Assembly: GCA_018816245.1 (NCBI GenBank)
Contig: JAHIVW010000003.1
Coordinates: forward strand, 321,453-385,452
Direction: 5' to 3'
DNA from: Nanobdellota archaeon
GTDB taxonomy: Archaea > Aenigmatarchaeota > Aenigmatarchaeia > QMZP01
Length of the DNA: 64,000 bases
Part shown: one piece after another, positions 46,034 to 55,162 of the stretch
Position numbering within the stretch: position 1 is the first letter of the stretch
How the letters are laid out: the number at the start of each line of letters is the position of its first letter
Program-made: the position numbers and the translations under genes
Notes under the pieces: model-generated
Databases searched by the model: none
Told to the model about the DNA's origin: nothing
Seen by the model: the letters and a program-made list of their open reading frames with translations, nothing else

Positions 46034-46404
46034 TCGCTGAGGTCGACAAGGACAGCAAGATCGCTTTCGCTTCTGGAAGCTCGCGTGGTGTCGTCAGTCT
46101 TATTTGCTCGTTCCATCTCGGTGTACAACCCATCGAACAATCGATCCCCGTAGGTGTTGGCAAGCGTCTTGAGGGCGGTGAAATAGGTTCTCGCGCTCGG
46201 ATCGATATCGGCAACAGCAGAACGATAGTTGTTAAGGGTGTTCCGGAACGTTTGCACAGGACCATGCCGCCGCACATCGGAGTGCGGAAAGCGGAGTGGG
46301 CTGGCATTGGAGGTATACCTCCTGACGCCTTCGTTCCAATCGGTTACGGCAACCTGGCCGTCGACACAGACAATTTCGCTTTGCATAGCTATCTCCTTTA
46401 CCAC
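46030..46404 (-). CDS. Orphan hypothetical protein
   Basis: Open frame with TATA-like TTTATAAG upstream; start may be the ATG 18 nt downstream, which has a GGAG SD. Confidence 0.5.
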   Translation of the reverse strand: MVKEIAMQSEIVCVDGQVAVTDWNEGVRRYTSNASPLRFPHSDVRRHGPVQTFRNTLNNYRSAVADIDPSARTYFTALKTLANTYGDRLFDGLYTEMERANKTDDTTRASRSESDLAVLVDLSD

Positions 46405-46464
46405 TTATTAATGGTTAAAATAAACAATATCCTTATAAAGATTTGCCCATGAGAAAGATTGACA

Positions 46465-46477
46465 ATAACAATGTTAT
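46465..46477. repeat. Dispersed palindrome ATAAC-N3-GTTAT, copy 2
   Basis: ATAACAATGTTAT, 17 nt upstream of TATA TTTAAATA (46495). Confidence 0.7.
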
Positions 46478-46524
46478 AATTGACCCAGACAAACTTTAAA
46501 TACTCATTGGTTCTATTACTGTCA

Positions 46525-46890
46525 TCATAAAGTAGTGATTAATGATCATCAACCAATCGACTATCCCCTGGTGCGTCCACACGATGTGCCTTTCCCCATA
46601 CCAGAAACCTGTCCGTGACGGATCCGTCAGCGCTTCTTGAGCGCTGAAAACGCGCGGAGCGTGGTTTCGAGCACGGGAGCGGGAGCTCGGTTGACACCAT
46701 ACACTGACCGATGTGGGGCTGTCTTTCGTCGGTCTTGGGTTTTTACGCCTTCTGATTAGAAGGCAGGATACACGTTTGTGTATCCGCGTCCCGGGGGCGA
46801 CAGGATGGTGCACCAGAATGTCGTCCGTCTCAAGCCGGGACCGGATATTCTTCTCGCCAGTGGACTTGAGACATTGGAAAGGAGGCTCCG
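46525..46890 (+). ncRNA. Candidate structured RNA leader, family shared with 58584..58740
   Basis: Many hairpins; shared blocks CCAGAAA, GGAGCGGGAGC, CTGTCTTTCG, CATTGGARAGGAGGC; boundaries approximate. Confidence 0.5.
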
Positions 46891-47148
46891 ATGTTGGAGT
46901 TTTTCGTCTATCTGTTCACAGTGGTTGGGATCATCTCGACCGCGATCTACGTCCTGCACAGGAAGGAGATCAACGCTGCTCTCAAGAAGCCTCAGGTTCC
47001 CCAGGGGTCGACGACACCTGCGACTCCTAAGGCACCCGAGGACCCGATGACGAAGCTCACGGAAACCCTTGAGCAAGTCGTCAAGCGGGTCGAGACGCTC
47101 GAGGCCACCGCCAAAAATCCGAAGAGCACAGGAGGTGGTGGATCATGA
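46891..47148 (+). CDS. Orphan single-TM protein with short coiled coil
   Basis: Strong AAAGGAGG SD; N-terminal TM. Confidence 0.7.
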   Translation: MLEFFVYLFTVVGIISTAIYVLHRKEINAALKKPQVPQGSTTPATPKAPEDPMTKLTETLEQVVKRVETLEATAKNPKSTGGGGS

Positions 47149-47816
47149 AGACCGTCATTATCGTTCTGGCAGTCCTCGCCATCAGCGCAGTGCTCTTCGT
47201 TGCCTTCGGCGGTGCCGGCCTCAACTTGGGGAAGGTCAACCCGAACCTGTTTGGTGGTGACAAGGCGCCTCTGACGAAGGGTACCCGGTATCCCCTGGCC
47301 AGCCATGTCAAGCTCTACGGAGCAGACATGGTGAACGAGGCGGAAGTGAAGACGATCTTGGAGTCCCGGGCGACCACCGACGACATCACGAACTTGCGAA
47401 AGCTCGTGATGAGGGGGGATCTGGACACAACTACTCGAGCAACAATCGAGAAGATGGTCGGCAGCTCCTACCTCCAGAACGCCAAGGATGCCACAAGCGT
47501 TGGGTTCGCGGTGACGGGGGACGACGGCAACCTAGTCGCCATCTCCGTTGGCGAACGCGACCCACTCCGCCTGATCGTCTACTACCTACTCGTCTCCTCC
47601 GACAAGATGATCGTCTATGATCCGGGAGAGGACGTGCCGGTAGGTACGAGGGGTGACCTTGGCATGGGCCTTATCACCCCGGCCGCCCGTCCTACGGCTG
47701 TCCGGTGGGTGAATGGTGCGGCCATATGTGGTACCCTGAACGCCGTCCCCGTGAGGGAGCATACGAGTATCTTCACCACAATTGACCTGACGACGGACAA
47801 GGTCAAGGGACCCTGA
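47145..47816 (+). CDS. Orphan exported/membrane-anchored protein
   Basis: ATGA overlap with the previous gene; GGAGGTGG SD; signal peptide. Confidence 0.75.
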   Translation: MKTVIIVLAVLAISAVLFVAFGGAGLNLGKVNPNLFGGDKAPLTKGTRYPLASHVKLYGADMVNEAEVKTILESRATTDDITNLRKLVMRGDLDTTTRATIEKMVGSSYLQNAKDATSVGFAVTGDDGNLVAISVGERDPLRLIVYYLLVSSDKMIVYDPGEDVPVGTRGDLGMGLITPAARPTAVRWVNGAAICGTLNAVPVREHTSIFTTIDLTTDKVKGP

Positions 47817-47831
47817 TCTCGTCCCCAACCC

Positions 47832-47879
47832 GTCGGCGCGACACGCATGGAAAGTGCCGCGCCGACTTCTTTTCTTTTC
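47832..47879 (+). terminator. Hairpin plus U-tract terminator
   Basis: GTCGGCGCG...CGCGCCGAC followed by TTCTTTTCTTTTC. Confidence 0.7.
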
Positions 47880-47881
47880 AT

Positions 47882-47900
47882 AATATAACAGTGTTATATT
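47882..47900. repeat. Dispersed palindrome copy 3, extended AATATAACA-G-TGTTATATT
   Basis: Perfect 9-bp arms between convergent genes. Confidence 0.75.
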
Positions 47901-47921
47901 TGAAAGAACAAAATAGAACGA

Positions 47922-50900
47922 TCAAACAATTTCTTGAAACGCCTTCAGGATTTTATCATCATCAAGAGGTGTACTTAACCACTGTTCGTACGCTTTCTTG
48001 CAATTATCCGGGTTTCCGCTATCTTCCAAACAACAGACACCAAGATCTCCTGAAGTTGTGGAAATGGTTTTGCATGCAAGACCTTCTAATGAATTACCAC
48101 CAAGATCGTATTTCGTTACTTGATCACAGTCTGCATCAGCACCTAGGAGTGTTTTGTCACATCCTCCTGCACCAAGACGACAGCCACTCTTCGTCTGCTC
48201 TTTGTACGCTTCGCAATATCCTGGTTTGCCAAAGAGTGAACTCAAACCAGTTATCCCATTCGACGACGTCCCGTTCCCAAAGTCCCCGCAAATGTTGTTG
48301 TTGCACGTCTGCCCGAACGCCGCATACGGGCAGTCGTTCGTCGTTTCGCAGCAGGTCACCCCGCCGAACTCCACCTTCTCGTTCACGGTCTTGGTCTGCG
48401 CAAAGATGTAGTCCGCGTGCGCCCGGACCTGGAACGTCTGCGTCGGGATGTTCTTGTTTCCAAAGGTAAATCGATCCTGGAAGTAGCAGAAGATCGTTGT
48501 CATGCCCTGGGGAATGTTTTCCGGTTTCCATGTATAGGTGGTCGCTGTTGCGCCAGGCGTCGTGGCAAACTTGTTGTTCGTGCAGCTCTTGATTTCCCCA
48601 AGCGCGTTGGGAATGATCAACTGGATCTGCGCGCTCTCGATCTGGGAGCTTGTGGACGCCTGGTATTTCTGCACAGGAACGAGCGACAAACCAATGAACA
48701 GCGGGGTCTTCTCCCGGATCGGTTGTTCAAGGGTGTCGAGGTTCAACTGGACCGGCGCATTGGTGAACGTCGATGCTTTCTTCGTTTGTGTGACAAGTTT
48801 TCCGTCCGCAACCAGGCGATCCCACTCGCCCTGGCTGATGAGCTCCACATCAATGCTGGAGTCGATTTGATACGGATACGTAACCGTGATGTTGAACGGA
48901 ATGTAGAAATTCCGAAGATCTATGTTTGATGTGATTCTCTTGGCACCAATGCCGCCAGCAAGTTTGTTCGCAATTTCGTCGAGGATGTGTTTTGCGCCAA
49001 TCATCTCCGAACAGGAAAACCCATTACTCTGGAAGAATCCCTGGCGGATATCCAGCTTGGTCATGGTTTCAGGAGTTGTGCCGCTGGGCTGCTGGTACGA
49101 GCCAACGGCACCGCCAGGGAAGGGAACGTAAGGGTAATGGACAACCTGATAGCAGGGTTCATCCTTGCTTGTTTGTTGCTGATGATCAACGCCGTCTTTG
49201 TCAATGCATACTTCTTCTCGTTCGGTAGCGTTGAACCCGAACTGGCTGATAGGAACCGTGACCCGGGTGAAGTCGATCTTCCCTCCTGAATCGGAAAACT
49301 TCATGTTGCTCGTTAACGTGACGTTGACATTGCTCGTCTCGAACGCCCCGGAATTCTTCAGTTTGTACACGATCGAGAAAGGTTGGCCTGGAAAGATCGG
49401 CGTGACGTCTATTTTGCCATCAAACTCCACACCGAGCGCTCCTTTTAACCCGGTCGTGGGATCAGTCGCATACGTGCCGTTGAGGATTTGTTGTGTATAT
49501 CCAATGGGATTCGTCAGTAAGAAGACTGCTTGGCCTAACGTGTTGCCAAGTTGCATCATCACTTCTGCTAATGGTTCTGTTAATTCAGCCACGCCGTTGT
49601 GCACGGTGGGCCACCACTGTCCTAACAGTCCGCTGCCAATGTCCTGCGATCCTGGTCCGATACCATAGATGACCGTGGCAGCGCCAAGCATGATCAGCCC
49701 TGCCTCTGGCCGGGCTGCCCGCGATGAAAAGAGTCCTGCGATAAATGAGACAAACCAGAAGTAGAGGAACGTTGCCCGAAGCGTGCCGGTGAGTTCCCAT
49801 CCAGGGCCAAAGGTGAAGAGTGGTGACACAACATTCAGCGCTCCGGAACCCAGCAAAGCAATAAACATCAAACCCACGAAAAGAGCTTTGTCGAACATTG
49901 CGCCAAATTCGCCAGTCGCTGCCTCTTCACTGCTCTCTGTTCCTTTCTTTGATCGCTCCACCGGCGGAACAGCGAAGAAGGCGAGCGCAAGGATTGCAAG
50001 AACATTCGAGTTGAAAATTGTCCCAAACAGGTAGAACGGAATCAAGTAACATCCGAGGATGAGAAATCTCATCAGTGATTCGATTCGTTCGCCAGGAATA
50101 TCAGGATCGTACGCTGTCTTGAGTGAGAAATACCCACCAAGACAAACAATGAGGAAGGCGATGTTGAACGGTCCTCCGAGCGCGCGGAACCCGAAGGCGA
50201 ACAGGGTGATCGCGGAAATCTTGAAAAAACTTCGCATCCAGCCGAACGTGGCATGGGATCGCCCGTCGCTTAACGGATTCATCATCTGGTACCAGATGTT
50301 TTTTCCTTTGTAGAGGTTGCCCTCTTGCGGCGCAGGGGTGACAAAATAGAAGCCAATTGCGAAAAATGCAAACATGAACCAGATCTGGCCGAGCAGGGCC
50401 GACATGGTGATCCCAAGCGCAGCAGCAGCAATTAAATAGAATCCTTTTTGGATGACGCTTTCCCCGTACCGGCGAACGGTCCAGGGTTTTTTGTACGATT
50501 CTTTCAGTTCTTTCAACTTGTCATCAATTTCTTCTTCGTATTGTTTGCTATCACGTTTGAATTGCTCTTCGATTTCCTTTCGCCGTTCATCTAAATCCTT
50601 TTTCGCATCTTGAAAATAATCTTGGGTAATATGACCTCCATTCAATTGATTCTGTAATTTGGTAAGTAAGCCATCAACGTTACGCAGTTCTCGATCACGA
50701 CGAACGCCTGGAAGATCATTCCATTTTTCATGGAGGTTTCTCGTTCTCTCAAGTAAAAGGTTCCGCTGTTGTTGGATATCAGCACGAAGATCCGGATCTG
50801 TTGTTCTTCGAAAACGGTTACCCAGCTCAATACCATGGGTTCGCAGCTGGTCGAGTTCTCTCTTTATTCGCTGCCGCGCAACAAGATGATCACGCTCTGC

Positions 50901-51518
50901 CTTGAGGTCTTTTCTTCGTTGCTTATACTGTTCCCGGACCGGGGCACCGGAGAAGATTCCCGCTGCCTTTCCCTTTTTTTGCTGCTTCTTCACTTGCGCA
51001 GGACTTAATTTTCTTCCTGCATCTCGAAACCCGCGTCGAGTTGCATCCCAATGAGTTGGACAACGCCTATTCAAACAAAAAAACGTCTCTTTTCCTTCAG
51101 TTGAAACGAGCGTGTGCAAGCGTTCCAAACCGCACCACGGACACACAATATCAGAAACCACGCTACTGATTTCGCCACGAAGGATGCGCACTTCGTGTCG
51201 TTTCTTTTCACGCTCCTTTCCTTCAGCACCATAAATGTCCTCGTAAATACCCTGAATTGCTTCCCGGAGTTCTTTCCCAGAAAGATGCCTTGTTTCTTCC
51301 CGAATGCGGCGATCAACTTGTCTGTTTTTTTCTTGCCGCTCAAAAATGGTCCATGCTGATTCTGGTCCCGGACCCGCAACACCAGGCGGCCAGTGGAAAT
51401 CTCCTTCAGGACAGACCACTTCAACCATCCGCTGGCCGGTTCCCGCGACCTTGGATTCGTAGATTTTGAGCTTGCCATGAGCTGAATTAACAGGACATTT
51501 GAGTTCTTTTTCAGCCAA
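47922..51518 (-). CDS. Giant multidomain membrane protein (Zn ribbons, coiled coil, ~10 TM, extracellular beta and Cys-rich domains)
   Basis: 1198-aa ORF, TTG start with GAGGCGG SD; CPWC..FCLNRRC; charged helical region; TM bundle; C-terminal CC..C repeats. Confidence 0.75.
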   Translation of the reverse strand: MAEKELKCPVNSAHGKLKIYESKVAGTGQRMVEVVCPEGDFHWPPGVAGPGPESAWTIFERQEKNRQVDRRIREETRHLSGKELREAIQGIYEDIYGAEGKEREKKRHEVRILRGEISSVVSDIVCPWCGLERLHTLVSTEGKETFFCLNRRCPTHWDATRRGFRDAGRKLSPAQVKKQQKKGKAAGIFSGAPVREQYKQRRKDLKAERDHLVARQRIKRELDQLRTHGIELGNRFRRTTDPDLRADIQQQRNLLLERTRNLHEKWNDLPGVRRDRELRNVDGLLTKLQNQLNGGHITQDYFQDAKKDLDERRKEIEEQFKRDSKQYEEEIDDKLKELKESYKKPWTVRRYGESVIQKGFYLIAAAALGITMSALLGQIWFMFAFFAIGFYFVTPAPQEGNLYKGKNIWYQMMNPLSDGRSHATFGWMRSFFKISAITLFAFGFRALGGPFNIAFLIVCLGGYFSLKTAYDPDIPGERIESLMRFLILGCYLIPFYLFGTIFNSNVLAILALAFFAVPPVERSKKGTESSEEAATGEFGAMFDKALFVGLMFIALLGSGALNVVSPLFTFGPGWELTGTLRATFLYFWFVSFIAGLFSSRAARPEAGLIMLGAATVIYGIGPGSQDIGSGLLGQWWPTVHNGVAELTEPLAEVMMQLGNTLGQAVFLLTNPIGYTQQILNGTYATDPTTGLKGALGVEFDGKIDVTPIFPGQPFSIVYKLKNSGAFETSNVNVTLTSNMKFSDSGGKIDFTRVTVPISQFGFNATEREEVCIDKDGVDHQQQTSKDEPCYQVVHYPYVPFPGGAVGSYQQPSGTTPETMTKLDIRQGFFQSNGFSCSEMIGAKHILDEIANKLAGGIGAKRITSNIDLRNFYIPFNITVTYPYQIDSSIDVELISQGEWDRLVADGKLVTQTKKASTFTNAPVQLNLDTLEQPIREKTPLFIGLSLVPVQKYQASTSSQIESAQIQLIIPNALGEIKSCTNNKFATTPGATATTYTWKPENIPQGMTTIFCYFQDRFTFGNKNIPTQTFQVRAHADYIFAQTKTVNEKVEFGGVTCCETTNDCPYAAFGQTCNNNICGDFGNGTSSNGITGLSSLFGKPGYCEAYKEQTKSGCRLGAGGCDKTLLGADADCDQVTKYDLGGNSLEGLACKTISTTSGDLGVCCLEDSGNPDNCKKAYEQWLSTPLDDDKILKAFQEIV

Positions 51519-51559
51519 GCAAACCGCCTCAGAGAATACTTGTCGTCAAGAGGTATAAA

Positions 51560-52678
51560 TCAGGCCTTCTGGAGGAGCACGGACGCGTCCCCAATTTCCC
51601 AGTTTCCGGTCCCCGAGAAGATCAGGGTGTTTTTCCCTTCCTGCACGTCAGCAGCGCCAAACGTCACGGTATTCTGCCCCTTCACCACGGACGACAGCTG
51701 GAATTCCTTGTCGTTCAGCGTGACCGATAGGGCACCGTTCTTGAGAATCTCATCAACATTGTAGACCAGCACCACATTAGCGTGCCCGTCCGCAACCTGC
51801 TTGGCCTGTTCCTGCGTCAAATCGAACGTCTTGGCCTTTGACAGCTCGCTCGTCAGGAGGAAGATGTTCAGCTGTCCGCCGCCAATCGTGGTCACGCCGG
51901 TCGAGGAAAAGGTGAGCGTGTTCGTCCCCACCTTGAGCGAAACATCAGTCAGCTCAAACGGGATCTCTTCCACTCCAGTTGGTGCACCAGAGAAGAGCTG
52001 CTGGCCATTCACATTGATTGCCAGGAGCCCGCTGCCTGACCCGAAGAATGACAACTCGCCCCGGTCAAAGGTGGCAAGCTCTGAGGAAAAGAGTTCGAAC
52101 GGGAAGATCCGGTCAGGACCATAATCAAGCTCCACTTTCACGTTCTTCAGCACGTAGACGGTCTGCGCCCAGAAGTACAGGCCAGGACCATCTGTGGTGA
52201 ATTCGAGGGTGTTCACGTTCTTGACCACGTCCTTGTCCAGAGTGAGCGACAGTGGCCCGGGGTTCGGATAGCCTGAATACACGGTCACGCCGTTCCACAG
52301 CACGTTCAGTTTCCCGTAATTGTTCGTGTCAAAGACTGAGAACGTGACGCGCACGTTCCGGGTTGTGTCTTCAAAGGCCTTGGGAACGACAATACTCATT
52401 TCCTCTTTCCGTTCGCCACTCAGCCCCTTGGTGACTTCAAGTTGCAAGATGCTCTTCAAGGTTTCGAACTGGGATTCCCCGACTGTGAAGGTTCCCAGGG
52501 TGAGTGACTTCGACGGGAGATTCTGGGAAAAGCCAACTGACCCGACGGTGAACGAGGCGATTGTGGTTTCCTCAACATCCTGGCCCGTGGTGGTCACGAA
52601 CACCGAGGCAACAGCAAAGACAACGAGAATGAGAATCGCGGCTGCGAGGATGTACATGAAGTCATCTGTCCCGCGCAT
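51560..52678 (-). CDS. Exported beta-rich surface protein with class III-like signal peptide
   Basis: MRG-TDDFMYILAAAILILVVF; repeated G.NTL.F beta modules; start ATG 52678. Confidence 0.65.
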   Translation of the reverse strand: MRGTDDFMYILAAAILILVVFAVASVFVTTTGQDVEETTIASFTVGSVGFSQNLPSKSLTLGTFTVGESQFETLKSILQLEVTKGLSGERKEEMSIVVPKAFEDTTRNVRVTFSVFDTNNYGKLNVLWNGVTVYSGYPNPGPLSLTLDKDVVKNVNTLEFTTDGPGLYFWAQTVYVLKNVKVELDYGPDRIFPFELFSSELATFDRGELSFFGSGSGLLAINVNGQQLFSGAPTGVEEIPFELTDVSLKVGTNTLTFSSTGVTTIGGGQLNIFLLTSELSKAKTFDLTQEQAKQVADGHANVVLVYNVDEILKNGALSVTLNDKEFQLSSVVKGQNTVTFGAADVQEGKNTLIFSGTGNWEIGDASVLLQKA

Positions 52679-52730
52679 ACTATTCTTTTTTGTGAAGAAT
52701 CCATATAAAGCGGCACGGTGAAGCCTTCTC

Positions 52731-53753
52731 ATGATCGTCACGAAGAAGGACCTGAAGGCAGGGACGCTCTCGGTCACCTTGCAGGCTGCGGACGATCTGT
52801 GGCACCTCTCCCATATCATGGAGCCCGGGGACCTCGTGACCGCGAAGACCCTCCGGACGACCACGATCAAACAGGGCGCTGAATTCAAGAAAGGGGACAA
52901 GGTGCCGATGATCTTGACAATCAGGCTCGAGAAGCTTGAGTTCACCGAGGGGTCTGAGGCACTCCGACTTTCTGGAACAATCGAGCAAGGACCAGAAGAC
53001 GTCCAGCTGCATTCGTACCATACGCTGACCATTGAGGTGCGGTCCCACCTGACGATCCAGAAATCATGGAACGGCTACCAGCTCGACCGGATCGAGCGGT
53101 CGCGGATCAAGCAGCCGCTGCTCGTTGTTGTTGCGATCGACCGGGACGAGGCAACGGTTGCTCTTCTACGGGAATCAGGAATTGAATGGAAAGCAAGTCT
53201 GCAGTGCAAAGGAAAGAAGGACATCAAGGACGAAGGTGATCGTGAAGCATTCCACAAACAGATTGCCGCGGTGTTGCAAGAGCAGCCTGCTGACGTCAAG
53301 GCAATTGTGCTCGCAGGTCCGGGATTTGAGAAAGACCACGTCCAGGACTACTTGAAAAAAAATACTCCCGAGCTCGGCGAAAAAACCGTTACGGAAAAAG
53401 CCGCAGATGCTGGACGCCACGGGGTTCAAGAAGTCGTGCAGCAGAGCTCGCAGCGCATCCTGAAGGAGACGCGGATCGCGAAAGAAACCGGCTACTTGAA
53501 GATTTTCTTCACGGAGTTGCGGAAAGAGGGACTCGTAGTGTACGGACCGAAGGAAACGCAAAAGGCGCTCGAGTACGGCGCAGTTGAATTGTTGCTGGTG
53601 TCGGAACACAAAATCAAGGACTTTGACGCGCAGTTGCAGCAAGCAGAGAAAACAGGTGCGACCATCAAGTTCGTGTCCGCAGATCACGAAGCAGGGGAGC
53701 AGTTCTTGGCGCTTGGTGGTATTGGCGGGATTTTGCGGTACAAGGTGCACTAG
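52731..53753 (+). CDS. pelA: Pelota/Dom34 mRNA surveillance protein
   Basis: DDLWHL, YHTL, AGPGFEK, YG..E...A.EYGAVE.LLV, HEAGEQ...LGGIGGILRY. Confidence 0.95.
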   Translation: MIVTKKDLKAGTLSVTLQAADDLWHLSHIMEPGDLVTAKTLRTTTIKQGAEFKKGDKVPMILTIRLEKLEFTEGSEALRLSGTIEQGPEDVQLHSYHTLTIEVRSHLTIQKSWNGYQLDRIERSRIKQPLLVVVAIDRDEATVALLRESGIEWKASLQCKGKKDIKDEGDREAFHKQIAAVLQEQPADVKAIVLAGPGFEKDHVQDYLKKNTPELGEKTVTEKAADAGRHGVQEVVQQSSQRILKETRIAKETGYLKIFFTELRKEGLVVYGPKETQKALEYGAVELLLVSEHKIKDFDAQLQQAEKTGATIKFVSADHEAGEQFLALGGIGGILRYKVH

Positions 53754-54331
53754 ACTTCGTAGAGAATGTTTCTGCAGGTACAGAAGCCGCCCAAGTGACA
53801 GATTGCCAATCGCGTTGCAGTGAAGGTGAACGATTCGGGCGCTTCAAGTCTTCCGACACCAAGCGTGATGTGCGGGTTGTATGCGATACCGCCATGATCC
53901 TGGAAGTTGCTGACCCATGTGAGATCCCGTTCAGCAAACACTGCAGCGGATTCCTTTGAAGCGTTGAACATCGCTGGACGGGGATCATACGTAAGATGCG
54001 GAACAACGTGTTTCATAAGCGTTCGTTGCAGCTCGAGAAGGGGTTCTGTCTTCTCGATCTGGAACGCCACATTGCCTGCCGGCCCACAGCTCACACTGGT
54101 TACTGAAAGCGCAACCGGCAAGAAGCGCGCCGCTGTTTCCTGGAGGAGTGTCTTGATAACCGGAAGGTTCTCATCAGCAAGACATCCCATCACCAAGGTA
54201 ATATGCGGCAAACACGTTTCCTTGTTCAACGTGATCATCCTTCCCTCGCCTAGCGATGTGTTCGCAGCGATCGCCCGGTCCATCACGTCGTCCGGTGGAA
54301 GGAGCGCGATGTCAATAGCCCGCGTTGCCAT
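53750..54331 (-). CDS. 2H phosphoesterase (2'-5' RNA ligase superfamily)
   Basis: Two PHITL (HxT) motifs. Confidence 0.85.
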   Translation of the reverse strand: MATRAIDIALLPPDDVMDRAIAANTSLGEGRMITLNKETCLPHITLVMGCLADENLPVIKTLLQETAARFLPVALSVTSVSCGPAGNVAFQIEKTEPLLELQRTLMKHVVPHLTYDPRPAMFNASKESAAVFAERDLTWVSNFQDHGGIAYNPHITLGVGRLEAPESFTFTATRLAICHLGGFCTCRNILYEV

Positions 54332-54382
54332 ACATCACCCTTACACAAACGCTAATAAATTCTTCCGTCGTACAGAAACGCC

Positions 54383-55120
54383 ATGAAAGTTATTTTTCTC
54401 GCCGGTGGCTACGGCACACGGTTGAAGGCGCTTTCGTATAATACACCAAAGGCGCTCCTCCCGCTTGGGGGCAAGCCGATCCTTGATCACCTGCTGGCAA
54501 AGGTCCTGCCACTCAAACCGACCAGGATCTACGTCCTGACCAACAAACGGTTCGCTGCGACGTTCGAGCAGTGGAATGACACAGTCCCATCGAGCGTCGA
54601 CGTCCGGATCGTGGTCGAGCCCGGGACCACAGAAGAGAAGAAGTTAGGCGCCATCGGCGGCCTGGGAAACGTCATTGAACAGGAACGGCTCGCGGATGAC
54701 CTTCTCGTTCTGGCAGCGGACAACTACTTCACTTGCGACCTGACGCAGATAGCTGCGGCCTTCCAGCAGCGGAAGGCGCCCGTGGTCGGCCTCTATGATG
54801 TCAAGGATCGGACGAAAGCGAGCAACTATGGCGTCGTGTCCGTGGACCGCTATGGCCGGATCATCGGCTTCGCCGAGAAGCCCATGCAGCCGAACAGCAC
54901 CCTGGTCTCCACGGGGATCTACTTCCTCCCGCGGGAGGTCCTGGCCTCGGTGCTCGTCTACCTCAGGCAGGGGAAGAACCCTGACGCCTTCGGGAACTTC
55001 ATTTCCTGGCTCTCCGTTGATCGGGAGGTCGTGGGCTACACCCTTCCCAAGGGAGCAGCCTGGTTTGATATCGGTTCCCCGGAGACCTACGAGGCAGCCA
55101 AAGCTGCTACTGGCCCCTGA
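54383..55120 (+). CDS. Sugar-phosphate nucleotidyltransferase
   Basis: LAGGYGTRL..L....PKALLP, YGVV, F.EKP, TGIY, WFDIG. Confidence 0.9.
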   Translation: MKVIFLAGGYGTRLKALSYNTPKALLPLGGKPILDHLLAKVLPLKPTRIYVLTNKRFAATFEQWNDTVPSSVDVRIVVEPGTTEEKKLGAIGGLGNVIEQERLADDLLVLAADNYFTCDLTQIAAAFQQRKAPVVGLYDVKDRTKASNYGVVSVDRYGRIIGFAEKPMQPNSTLVSTGIYFLPREVLASVLVYLRQGKNPDAFGNFISWLSVDREVVGYTLPKGAAWFDIGSPETYEAAKAATGP

Positions 55121-55162
55121 TCAACCGTGCTTTCTTAAAACTGATTTCTGTTAGATCACCCC

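Noticed and set aside
52679..53032. N-terminal extension of the 490-aa ORF; similar extensions at 5819-5968, 13046-13123 and 21590-21724
   Set aside because: They overlap neighbouring genes; downstream ATGs match the family N-termini
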